DNA from: Felis catus
Lineage: Eukaryota
Assembly (NCBI RefSeq): GCF_018350175.1
Contig: NC_058369.1
Coordinates: 26,538,001-26,602,000 of the forward strand
Direction: 5' to 3'
DNA length: 64,000 nt
This document shows, in pieces, positions 11,750 through 23,740 of this stretch (position 1 is the first letter of the stretch; every line of letters starts with the position of its first letter). The notes below the pieces were generated by a model that worked only from the letters and a program-made list of their open reading frames with translations, made no database searches and was not told the DNA's origin. The position numbers were made by a program, and so were the translations under genes.

Positions 11750-14700
11750 CTTGTCCAGGTGAGGAGTGGCTTGGGGTCAGTGTTAGCCTGTGGAGAGAAG
11801 GAAATCAAATTGGAAACTGGCACCTGGGGTCTGAAAACAAATAAGGCTGACAATTAGGGACAGGTACCTCGAACTGAGGAGATCACAGACCTTTCGGTTT
11901 GGTTCCTCACCATCTGCCATCGGTTCCCTCTCTGCCTCCACCTCTCCTTCCCTTTTGTCCCTAGAACTTTATTCAATTCAGCATGTCTTTTTTGGTGCAG
12001 ACATTGGCCAGTGGAGGAAGGTGAAGTCGGCCAGCCACTGTCTCTTGGAGGGCTGGCTTATTCACTCATCCATCCATTCATCCTCCCTCCCTCCCTCCCC
12101 TTCCTTCCTTCCTCCCTCCTTTCTTCTTCACTCCCTCCTTTCCTTCCTTCCTTCCTTCCCTCCAGCTAGCCGAGAGACATTGAGCTTGAGCTAGTTAGCC
12201 CTAGTCAAACCAGCAGGAAGACAGAAGCTCGAGTGAGCTCGAGTGAGAGTACCAAAATGAAGAGTAATGAGGACTCTCCCATGACAGCTGAGTTTGCACA
12301 GGGTGCTATATATGCAATTGAATCCTCCTTGAATTCTCACACTCCCCCATTTTAGGGGTAGGTAGACCAAGACTCCTTATGGTTAAGCCCAGGATTATTC
12401 AGATTGTAAGGATGGGAGTCAGAATTTGGATGCAGGTCTCCACTGCCCAATCCCCACAGGGTCCCATTGCCAGTGCTTTTGTCTCAGGAGAGTCGAAATT
12501 GGGGTTTCCTCCCTTCTTGAGAGCTGGGCAGGGGTAGGGTTGTCCTTGGCCCCTCCTCCTTTCCCCTGTGCCACCCCCCCCCAAGTGCTGGGCAGTTACC
12601 AGTGATTTGGCAGCTTTGAAGACCCCCAGTAAGTCTCTAGAGACAGAATGGAGGGGAGGGCAGGGCTGGTGGTAACTGTTCCACGTCTGTGACCCGCTGC
12701 AGCCAGCTGGAGGGGCCCTGACCTCAAGGACTACTCCCACCACTCTTCCTGCCCCTCCCATCCCAGAATCTTCTTTATCCTAAGAATCTATCTCAACAGA
12801 CGTGGTCTCCAAAGTCCAACTGTCAAGGACCCAGATAAGAGACAGGAGGCTTGAGGTCTGCCACTGAAGCAGTGGGCTGGGTCAGTCCTTGACATTTAAA
12901 CAAGAGCAAGCACTAGTGCAAATCTGCATTTCCTTTTGTTAAGCAGGTATAAAAACGCTCCCCTCCCCCCACTCTGGCCCTGCCTTCCAGGTCCTTCCAG
13001 GTGAGAGAAGTGAGCCGTGCCTGACACCACCCACAGAGATTTTGTGGGACTTTAACTTCCTGAAATTCAAATTACCACCCCCCCCCCACCTTTTTTTCCA
13101 GATACAAAAGCATGTTATGCTTTTGAATGTTCATAGGATGTGACCTATAGTGAACAGTGACTTACAGAGAGCCCAGGCCAGAGATGAGGCTGGCAGGAAA
13201 TTCTGTGGGATCCCCATATGTGGAGGCTCCAGGAGAGCTGGGGGCCCAGCCGGATGGAAGGAAGTATGAGGACAGGGTCAGATAGATGAGGTGGCACAGA
13301 TGAACAGATACTGATATTCGCAGACAGCGAGTCAGAGGCTGGGGTGGAGAGAGCAAGGACAAGGGGACAGGCAGACGGCAGAGATATAGAGAAAGAATGA
13401 GACAGGGACAGAGGACGAGAACAGATAAAGGGGCAGAGGTAAAGAGCAAATACTCACAACATGCACTTACCCAGATTCGAAGGGAGAAAGAGTGCCATTC
13501 AGAAAGACACAAGAAAGATAGGACAGAGGCTGGGGCACATACCTGGCAGGGGGCTAGCTTCTCGCTGGCATGCCCATGCCAAGCAGGGTTCTGGCTTCAG
13601 GGTGGGGGTGGGGAGGGGCGGGGCAGTGACGGCTCTTCCAGCCTGACGTGTCCACTCTGCACCTGCAGGGCTCTCCAGTCTCCTGAGTCCCTGGCCGGCT
13701 CACCCTGGCAGCCCGTGGGTGCTCTGGAGACTCCAGCTCCAGAGTCGCGGGCTCCGGGACTGGACTGCTGGGGGCGGGGAGGGAGGAAGACCGGCCCTTG
13801 GGACAGGTACGCAGGGTGGGGCAAAAATTCCCTCTGTAGCCACCCAGACCCAAAAGTCTCTTTCCTACCTGTTCTTGCGAGATTTGTCTGTCACAACCTG
13901 TTATTCAGGTTACGTAGCTGTGGGGCAAAGGTGCAGGGAGAGAGGTCTTCCTGCCCTTGCATGCTGGCTTAAGGCCTAGGCACACATATGGTGGCTCCAG
14001 GGTGGTCACAAGGTCAGGGGGGTGGGAGGGTGGAAAGTAGGGGATGGGGGAGGAGAGGTGCGGAGTAGGAGGGCAGAGCCCCTTTTTCACCCTCGAGGTC
14101 CTTGAGCCTCTCCCTTTGTCCTGCCCCTCCCCTTGAGCCCCTTTGGGTGGTTGCAGTTCTTTTGCATAAGCCCCAAGCATGGTTTTCTTTTCCAAGGCAG
14201 GCCTTATCTCCTGTAGGTCTAGGGCAATGCTGAGCACGGAGGAGGTGCTCCATGAATATTTTGGGACTGAATGAACTCCATTCTTGCCTAGTCCTGAAAG
14301 GTTAGGACAGTTAAAGTTCAGAGAGGACAAGTGACTTGTCTAAGGCCACACAGCCAATTGTGGATTTCCTTTCTGAAGCATTCTCTGAGCGCTCATGGCA
14401 AGGCAGGCTGTGTATTAGGCAGGGGTGTATGGCTACGAGCAAGACACACTCTGGAGTGTTCCTGGGCCTTTGCACCCCTAGTCCCTGTCTGTACACCGTT
14501 CCTCTGCCTCTTTGGCTGGAACACTCCTTCTTATCCTCGGGTCTCAGTGTAGGAGTCACTTCCTCTGGGAAGCCTTCCTGGACCCTCCACATCAAGGTGA
14601 AATACCTACGTGTGGTCCTGGAGGAGGGGACACTTGTCATGGCACCTCACCCTGTCGTAAGGGGCTGGTCAGGGAGAGCACTGTGATTTCTTTGTGATTG

Positions 14701-16253
14701 GTTCAGAAGGGGGCATGTGACCCCAGCAAGACTAATTAGAGTTTTTCCTGGGACAGATGTGTGGAAACTGGGGAGAAAGAAGCTATTTTTTACCAGGTTA
14801 CTCTAAGCTAGCCATCTGTGAGTCTGGGGCCATTGTAACACATCACCCCCTGCTGTGGGCAAGTCCCGCCAGAAGGTGTAAATGCCAGGGCTGAGTAGTG
14901 GGGCATACTTGAGAGAATCAGGGAGGAAAAAGTCTGTATTGTCAGGAAAGAGGATGGACTTTGGGTCCATTGGACACACCTGGGTTAGTCACTCAATACT
15001 TGTGTGCTTTGGGGCACATCTCTCTGGGCCCCAATTCGTCCTTTGTGAAATGAGGGTGATGCTATCTACGTGTCCCGAAAGGGGTGTCAGGCAGGGAGGC
15101 TGTCTGCCTACAAGGGTTTTGCTGGCCTGTTGGCCCCACTCGCCCTGATGCTTCCTCCTAGCACCCTCCTTGGCAGGATTCTACTCGGACGTTTACTTTT
15201 CCTACGAAACCAAAATGTCATCACAGCCTGCTTGTTTGTGACATTCCTTAATGGCCCTCTAGGAGCTGGGAAATCAGCTTCTTCCTGTTTCCTGGAGCCC
15301 TCTTTACTCAGGTGCCTTGGAGCTTAACCTTTGAGCTCTGTCCCAGAGCCAAGATGAACGGAGGAGGGGTTACTCTCTATCCAGTCTAGGAGGGTTGAGG
15401 AAAGCGCCTTGATTGGAAAGCACTTATTTCAAGTGGGTATTTCCCCTGCTTAAACCTGGTCTATGGTCCCGAAATCTCTCAGGATGAAGGCCAAAGTATC
15501 TCACGTGGAGGCCTTGGATGATTTTAACCCTGGCACGAGACTGACCTTGCCAAGCTCATCATCTGCTGTCCCCACTTTGCTTTCTGCTCTAGACACTCAG
15601 AGCTGCCCTGAATGAGGCTCTCTCTCCCCCTCCAGCCTCACACATGCTGTCCTCTCTATGTGGACTGCTCTCCCCTGACTCATCCACTTGGGCAGCTTTT
15701 CCTTGTCCTCAGGTCCTTACCCAAGCAGCCCTTTGTCGTTGGAAAGACAGAACCTGGAAGCTGTTTCCTAGCTCATCCCCAGGACCCAGGCTCAGCCAAC
15801 AGTCACTCCTGAATCAGCCCTGAGCCACAGGTAAAATGGAAAGAGCTCTGCAAACAACGCTCTGCATTTTCCCTGGCTTGGGCGTTAGCCACGGGTTCAA
15901 CTTCGCTCTCTGATTTTCAGGTCATTTCCAAGGAGGCATGAACTTGAGGCCAGATACGGAGCTCGGAGAAATCAGACTGCAGTTAGCACCAACTGTTGCT
16001 TTATGGCTGCACTTTTATTTGCTTTAGCCCTTCAGCTTTTCCGGCACCTGCTGGCAATCAGGTTGCCTCCTCTCTGCCCGGAACCATACCTCAAATTGCT
16101 GCCCAAATTCCAGAGCAGGGAAAAACCCGTTTAGATACACCTGGGAGAAGAAATGGCGAACACATGGTGTGTGTGCGGCCTCTCATCCTCCTGTGACCGT
16201 GGAAGACATCAACAACCCATACTGATCTCGGCTTCGGAGTCTTTTCTACGTGC

Positions 16254-16457
16254 GGGGCACCTGGGCTGCTCAGTCGGTTAAGTGTCTGACTCTTAACTTT
16301 GGCTCAGGCCATGATCTCATGGGTTCATGAAGTTGAGCCCCACATCGGGCTCTGAGCTGACAGCCTGCTTTGAGATTCACCCTCTCCCTCTCCCTTCTGC
16401 CCCCCTCCCACTCACACATGGGTACACACTCTCTCTCTAAATAAACTTTTAAAAAAG
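16254..16457 (+). mobile_element. CAN-SINE
   Basis: ggggcacctgggctgctcagtcggttaag head, CT tract, aataaa and A tail; degenerate TSD ga(g/a)tcttttc. Confidence 0.9.
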
Positions 16458-16736
16458 AATCTTTTCAATGTACTGCTTTAAGCAGAAGCAAGCAATTTCC
16501 ACTGCTGTCTTAGAGATTTACTGAAGAAGAAAATAGCAGACACTCGCCATTCTAGGAAATACCGTTAGTGTGATACCCCACCTGAGGGGTTTCTCTTGCC
16601 CCCCCGGGTCAGGCTCGGAGAGTCAGGGAGTTAATTTCCCTAGGAGCAGCTCTCAGCTAGTATGGTTGAGAGTCTGAGGATCCTACCCTGGCTTTCTCAT
16701 CTTAGGTATTTTTTTTTTTTTTTATAAATCTTTTTT

Positions 16737-16981
16737 ATTTTTTTATTTTTTTTATTTTTTAATTTTATTTTATTTTTTCAACGTTTATTTATTTTTGGGA
16801 CAGAGAGAGACACAGCATGAACGGGGGAGGGGCAGAGAGAGAGGGAGACACAGAATCAGAAACAGGCTCCAGGCTCCGAGCCATCAGCCCAGAGCCTGAC
16901 GCGGGGCTCGAACTCACCGACCGCGAGATCGTGACCTGGCTGAAGTCGGACGCTTAACCGACTGCGCCACCCAGGCGCCCC
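16737..16981 (-). mobile_element. Young feline SINEC_Fc, nested in the tail of an older SINE
   Basis: CpG-rich near-consensus copy (ggggcgcctgggtggcgcagtcggttaagcgtccgacttcagccagg); TSD tataaatctttttt on both sides. Confidence 0.95.
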
Positions 16982-16994
16982 TATAAATCTTTTT

Positions 16995-17212
16995 TTTAAG
17001 TTTACTTATTTATTTTTGAGACAGACAGAGAGAGAGAAAGCAGGGGAGGGGCAGAGAGAGAGAGGGAGTCAGAGAACCAATCCCAAGCACAGAGCCCGAT
17101 TCGGGGGCCAACACAGAGCCCGATTCGGGGCTTGAACCATGAACTGTGAGACCATGACCTGAGCCAAAACCAAGAGTTGGAGGCTTAACCAACTGAGCCA
17201 CTCAGGTGCCCC
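16995..17212 (-). mobile_element. Older CAN-SINE (tail remnant at 16709-16722), with an internal 19-bp duplication
   Basis: SINE body ending ctcaggtgcccc at 17212. Confidence 0.9.
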
Positions 17213-17220
17213 TAGGTGAG

Positions 17221-17780
17221 TACTATGGGCTGATTGTGTCCCCCGCAGATGTATATGTTGAGGTTCTCAGGACCTCAGAATGTGACCTTATTTGGAAATG
17301 GGGTCATTGTAGATCTAATTAGTTACGGTGAGGTCAATAGGGTGGGCCCCTAATCCGATAGGATGGGAATTTTTCTTTTTTTTAATGTTTATATATTTTA
17401 TCTTGAGAGAGAGAGAGAGAGAGAGAGTCCCAAACTGAAAGCGAGAAGCCCCACATGGGGCTCAGACTCATGAACAGTGAGATCATGACCTGAGCCTAAA
17501 TTGAATCAGACGCTTTACCAACTGAGCCACCCAGATGCCCATGACTGGAATTTTTCTGAAAGGGAAAAGTTTGGGTGCAGAGATCCACCCAGAGAGAGTG
17601 CCGTGTGAAGACTGGAGTCACACTGCCATATGCTGTGGAACTACCAGGAGCTGGGAGACCGGCTTGGACAGCTTCTTCCCAAGAACCTCCAGGGGCAGTG
17701 TGGCCCTGCCGACACCTCGGGGTCAGACTGCCAGGCTCCAGGACTGGGAGGCCCAATACACTTATGGCAGCCCAGGCTGT
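17221..17780 (+). mobile_element. MaLR LTR (MLT1B/C-like), interrupted by a SINE
   Basis: tatgggctgattgtgtcccc...acctcagaatgtgaccttatttggaaat...agggtgggcccctaatcc is typical of an MLT1 5' end. Confidence 0.8.
17370..17540 (-). mobile_element. CAN-SINE inside MLT1
   Basis: (GA)n tract, gagatcatgacctgagc, actgagccacccagatgccc. Confidence 0.88.
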
Positions 17781-20700
17781 CTCAACAGGGGCCATATCCG
17801 AGGTGGCTCCCTGGCTGTCGCCCACAGTTCCACTAAAGAACGGGCCTCAGTGGCCCACAGTAACCTGTTGGACACAGCACCCTTTATGGGGTCCTTCCCT
17901 TCCCTGTCTCCCCATCTGTCCCATCCCCTGCCAGTGCCACCTGGGAGCTCTCCCCAGATAAACTACTTTCCTTGAATCTTTTTCTTAGGGTCTACCTCTG
18001 AGGAAACCAACTCAAAATGGTGTAAGATGGACCTGTCCTTCCCTCCCCTTGGGCTTACCTGTGTGGGGCCTCCTGGCTCCCCACAGCACCACCCTTCTCC
18101 CCGCTTCTGACCACGGCTCTCCCAAAGACCTAGCCCCACCTGTGATGGGGTCTCTCTTCCTCCTCTTTCAGGCCCACCTGGGCCTTCTCACCTGGGAAGC
18201 CCCCTCACTTTCCCATCACCTCTGCCTGGGAGTGACAACCTGTGTCATCCTACCCCAAGGAGGGCGAGCCCTCATCCGGCCACCTCCACCTCTTCCTGGA
18301 AGCATGTTTTTCTGACTTTTCTTCTTGCCTTAACCCCAGCCCCGGGGGAGCCCCTCTGTCAGGAGAGACGGGCCAGATTTTTCTCAGTGAGCTCTTGAGA
18401 GCCAAACTTGCTTGAGCTAATAATAAAAATAATAAACTATCAACAAAATAACACAACTAGCTACCATTTATTGAGTGCTTACTGTGCAGCTGGAATTAGG
18501 CTAAGAATTTTATGTATCTGTCTTGCCAAATCTCCATGGCAACCCTGTGAGTTGGAAACTACTGTCTCTTCTTCTCAGCGGAGGAAGCTGAGGCCTGAAG
18601 GGGGTGGGTGACGTGCCCGTGGTCTCCCAGCTGTGGTAGCAGAGGGGAGATCCACACCACCAGCTGCAGGCAGCAGATGGTGACAACACCGGCGGCTGGC
18701 AGGTCTCAGGCAGGCTCACACTCACCAAATCCCAACAAGGAAGGGAACTGGGTCCAACGGGGGTTCTGTGTGCCTGGGACTAAGGCTTGACTCAGGAAAC
18801 GGAGGTATTTTAACTGGAACCCAAAGGATAATTCTACACCAGGAGAGGGTCCTAACCTCAGGCCACTGAGGGCTCACATTTTCCTTCATGTGAGTAACTG
18901 AATCTTTGGCGCAGGGAGGGCACGCACGAGCCTTTGTGCAGCCACTCTGTGACCTCCGTCCATGGCTGATCTAATGAAGCAAGCACAGCATTTTTCTGGC
19001 TAGGAACAGAGGAGTCTCAGACTGACTCCCACCAGTCTCCTGGGGCTGGCACATGAGATTTGTCATCCTTGGAGTCGGGACTTCTCAGGGGGGGCAAGGG
19101 CCAACCTGACTTGGAGCTGGGTCCTCTCCACAGCATGGGCCTTCTGGAGCCAGAGGAGACATACCGGATGTGACAGAAGCCTCTTTCTTCTCTCGGACAA
19201 GCCTGAGACAGCACACGGTCGTGAGCTGAGCAGGTCTGAGGCTTCTGAGTCTGCTTGGTCAGGAGTTATTTGGGGATCTCTGTGACATCTTTTTGTTTTT
19301 AAAAGCCAACTCAGTCATTCATCCTACATTTCCTGAGGCTCTCTTCTGTGCCATCACAATGCTGGGGGGCCTGGGACAGAGCAGAGAACCAATCAAGTTC
19401 TCGCCTTCTGGAAATGCACAGCACAGCTGGGAGGGACAAGTATGTGGATGGTTACAGTGCAGTGGGCTAGGTGCTCTGGTAGGTGTTTCTCCAGGGGACT
19501 TCCTGGCTAGGAGGCTATCAGAGAATGCTTCCTGGAGGAAGTGGCATCTAGGCAGATAGAGTTCCCCTGGAAAGTGTTCCAGGCAGAGGGAGCAGCATGT
19601 GCAGAGGCTCAGAGGAGAGGTGGAACCTGATACTCTGATGGTAGAGACCAAAGTGAAGAGGGAAGGGGACTATTCATTAGAGCCTTAAGGATGAGGCTAA
19701 TGTAATGACCTTGGGCTTTGTTCTCAGGGTCATGAGGGGGCCATGGGAAGAATTAAACGGGGCCAGTGATAAATCCTCAGCTCAGTGTGGAGAAGGTAGC
19801 ACCTCCTCCAAGAAGCCTTCCCTGACCCCTGGCTCCTGGCCTTTCAGTGGAGAATCCGCCATAAGGCACCTTGTCATGCTTCATGGTCAGCCTGATTTGG
19901 AGGCCATCTTCCTCTCTAGGCTGTGACTCTTGAGGGCCTTCCTCATCAGGTCCCCGGTGCTACCACCAAGGCATAGCAGTTGTGCAGTGTCATTAGAAGG
20001 AAGTGAGTGGCTTTCTGTTTGGGAAAGAAACTAGGGGAGAAAACATCCCAAACACACCAGAACTTGCTCCCTCCACCCAGCTGGCTTCGCCCTTTACCCC
20101 ACACTCAACAGTGCTCTCCAAAGTGAACTCTGTCCAGAGGATGGGCTCAGACTTTGGAATCTGAGTAGCCTCTTCTGGCTAAATGCAAACTCAGGCTATT
20201 TTCCTCGTCATCCTTGGAAATTCCGTGGAGTTTGTCTCCAAAGGCAGGGGGCGCTAACTACTCTTCCATGGGCTTCTTTCTGTTCGCCCATGGGGGCAGG
20301 ATTCCTCACAAGGGACAAATTCCGCATGCTTGGGTGTGGGTGGTGGACGCTGCAGGGGGACAGAGGCCACAGGGCTTGAGGGAGACACTCAGCATGTAGA
20401 CAAGAAGACTGAAGTCGAAGGACATGATGGAGTGGCAAAGAAGCAGAGACACGAAGATACTGAAAGTGACAGACATATTGACAGACACACATGCACTAGC
20501 ATGTGGTCATTCGTGTGTGTGCACCTCCCCCCCCCCCCCCATGAGTCAGGTGCTTCTAAAAGTCCCACCTGGAACCAGGGGACATGTGTGGCCCTGCCCA
20601 GACCTGGTTGCCACTTGGCCTGAGTTTCCAGTCATCCCTGAAGGCTGTCCTGAATCCTGACCACAAGGTCCAGGCCTGGGAAAGGTAATCAAAGGAACCA

Positions 20701-21248
20701 GAGGTTGCCTTTCATCCTCTAAATGGTCCTTCTTGTAAGCCTCTGGTATTTATAGGCAATTATTGATCATGTCACCAATACAGACGGACAGAAACTGCAA
20801 ATAAGTCTGTAAACAATAAGGATGGTGGCTTGAGCCATTTGTTCCAGTGACATTTATTTCAGAAGGAAATAAACCCATTGTTTCCATTATGGCCTGTTTT
20901 AATTTTATTTATTGATTTTTGATGGTCTTCTCCAGCTCCGGCTGGTGCTAGAATTACTGGGCCATGCAAGGCTGCACAGCAGGAGATGCGAGAAGGTGTG
21001 AGGACACACAGGAGGCCTCTTACTCCCCAAGTTCCTGGGATGTTTCCCAGAATAAGACAAAAACACATGTGCCGGCAGCTGCTCTGAGGTTTGCGTAGTT
21101 TAACTAATTTAATCGTCAGCAGCTTAATGAGGAATTTGGGGAAACCGAGGCACAGAACCTCAGGTCACAGCTGGTAAGAGACAGAGGAAGAAAAGGATCC
21201 CAGTGATGAGCTCAGGAGCCCTTTTGCATCACTTTGACTCCTCTAGAC

Positions 21249-21467
21249 CAGGGTTCTGCAGTTTTCTGCAAAGGACCAGAGGAAATATTTTGGGCTTTCT
21301 GGGCCATATGTTCCCAGTCACAGCTACTGAACTCTGCCATTGTAGTGGGAAAGCAGCAGTAGGAGCAGTATGTAAATGAATGAACGTGGCTGTCTTCTAA
21401 TAAAACTTTATTTATAAAAACAGGTGGCTGCTGGATTTGGCCATGGGCCTTAGACTGTTTGACCCTG
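21249..21467 (-). mobile_element. MER58A-like hAT-Charlie MITE
   Basis: CAGGG...CCCTG termini, internal ctaataaaactttatttataaaaacagg and ggatttggcc, preceded by a ctctagac target-like site. Confidence 0.85.
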
Positions 21468-22792
21468 ATCTGGGTGTTGCACCCTCTTAGCCCAAGGGGG
21501 ACACGAACCTGGACCTCCTGAGCTTCAATCTGCCTGAGTTTGGCTCAACCATTGGTGGTGGAGAAGGAAGGTTTCTGTGGGATAAGAGACAGTTCCTATA
21601 ATTCTGTGCCTCCTACCCAGCAGCCTGTGTCCTCCTCAGGAGTGGATCTACCAGCCCCCTGCTTGCTTAGGGCCCAGCCACCTGTCCTTGGACTTTCCTC
21701 CAAATTCACCCGACTGGATTATCACCTAAGGTGCTTTGTTCAGTGCCCGGCACTCAGGAGGTACCCAGGAAGTAGCAGCTCTAGCCATATTTGCACCTTC
21801 AGGTTTGCAGAGGCTTCATCTGGCCCCAGGGATATCGAGTCTATATAATATGGTAGTTGAATGCAGGCTTTGGAACCCCAACTGCGCTCTGTCATGGGCT
21901 GTGGATATAGTCCTCTCAGCTTTAGTTTCCTTATCTATATGTGGCCACCACAATCCCTAATTTAGTAAAAATTAAATTCAAGAATACACCCCAAGCACAG
22001 TACCTGCTATGGACAATGATGGTTATTGAGCAAGTAGGCCCCCTTGTACTCTGCCTTGGGGATGCACCTTTGCCTCCATCCTTCCTCCCGAGGAGGCAGA
22101 AATCCCTCCAGAACGAGAGAATAGTGTGCTCTGGATAGGGAATGGGTTCCTCCAGGCCCTGATAGAGCAGCAGGAGAAAGGAGGAGGTCACCTGGCCAAA
22201 CATGCAGCCCTTCCCCTTCTTCAAGGGCATAGGGTAATCTCAGGTTGTGGGGCCCTTCCCGCCTCCTCAGGGGGGTGGGGTAATCTCAGGCTGTGGGGCA
22301 TCTTTGGGTACGTTAGCCGGGGAGGACAGTTTGTGCCACCAGAATTTCTCTTTGCTGAGAGTCTGGCTGTATGTCATTGGAGAGAACTATTGTATTAGGA
22401 TGGGACTGTCTGGAGCATCTGGGTTCATCCCCTGAGCCATGGCAGGCTTGCTGGTGGCCTGTCTGAATCTCTTCAGCAGGTCAAGCATGACAAAATTCAC
22501 CTCAGACCCAGTGGGCAATTCTAATTCTTTCCAGGAGAGACAGCTGGGTCTTGGCCTCTTTGATTAATCAAGATGGTGGCCTCCACAATGAAGTCAATGG
22601 GGTTTTGGGAAGGCTTTGGGAGATAAATCTTCCCGAGAGATGTGTGGGATCCAGACATCTCTAAAGGAGAAATAATCTTAATAATAATCATAATAATGAT
22701 TCTAATAAGTATTAATACTGTTAGTTGGCCAGTTTGGAGCCTGGTGTCCTTTCACTTAATGTTCCCAACAATATTGTGAGGCAAATTCTTTT

Positions 22793-23011
22793 GTTTTTTT
22801 TTTTTAATGTTTATTTATTTTTTAGAGAGAGTGAGAGAGGCAGAGTGTGAGTGGGGGAGGGGCAGAGAGAGAGGGAGACACAGAATCCAAAGCAGGCTCC
22901 AGGCTCTGAGCTGTCAGCACAGAGCTTGACATGGGGCTTGAACTCACGAACTGTGAGATCATGACCTGAGCCGAAGTTGGACGCTTAACCCACTGAGCCA
23001 CCCAGGTGCCC
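22793..23011 (-). mobile_element. Feline CAN-SINE (SINEC_Fc-type)
   Basis: Full body; TSD tgtga(g/a)gca(a/g)attcttt. Confidence 0.93.
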
Positions 23012-23139
23012 TGTGAAGCAGATTCTTTTATTGACTTCATTTTTACCAGTGAGGGGCTTAGAGAGATTAAGTGATTTGCCCAAGGTCACCCAAGTGGAGC
23101 GACTGATGCAATATTGCCATCCATGACTTTACTAACTGT

Positions 23140-23740
23140 GATGAAATGAAGTAGGGGTGGCTGGAGCTAGACTGTGGTGGATGCCTGCTGCTTTGGTCGT
23201 CTTTCCAGCATCCATTTTCCCTTTGTCTGGCGCTCACCCTGATTTTCCTTTGGGAATCAAACTCCCTTCCTCTGCTCTCTGCTGTGCAGTTGGCTGGGGC
23301 TGGCCCCATTCCTGGCTCTAAGTGTGGCCATGTGGCCCAAGCCTAACTCCATTTCATGGTCACAGAGATGGGCAGGCAACCCAGGCTGAGGAGATCAGAG
23401 CCCTCACAGGGCTTTTGACACACTTACCAGGAAAGAGGATCTGCCTTTCTGCTGGGATCGTTGACTTGAGATGACTTAGAACTGGAGATGTTGATGGGTA
23501 TATGCCACTGTGTGGGAGCACCTTGCCTGAGAACAAAGCCACATGGAGGAAAGGATCCCAGAGATAGAGTCAGAGTGCTGGGGATGTAACCGAGCTTCTA
23601 GATCCAGCCTTGCCTGAAGGCGGTATATCTCTGGACTTTTCCATATGTGAGCCAATATACATCCTTCATTTGTTGGGCTGGTTTGAGGGTTTTTGTTTTT
23701 GTTTGTTTTTGTTTTTTTTTGTCACTTGTACCCAGAAGGG
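23140..23740 (+). mobile_element. Old MaLR LTR (MLT1K/L-like)
   Basis: ggccatgtggcccaagc...cttctagatccagccttgcctgaagg...ctggacttttccatatgtgagccaata...gtcacttgtaccca motifs. Confidence 0.65.

Noticed and set aside
12227..12247. agctcgagtg tandem duplication containing palindromes
   Set aside because: A 10-bp slippage duplication with no supporting context.
13539..13553. atacctggcagggg resembling the U1 snRNA 5' end (also ctacctggcag twice at ~51227-51252)
   Set aside because: The match is only 10-14 nt with no U1 body; at 13540 it is simply the complement of a splice-donor-like site.
16254..16330. tRNA-like A/B box sequences at SINE heads
   Set aside because: tRNA-derived SINE heads followed by a CT tract and A tail; not tRNA genes.
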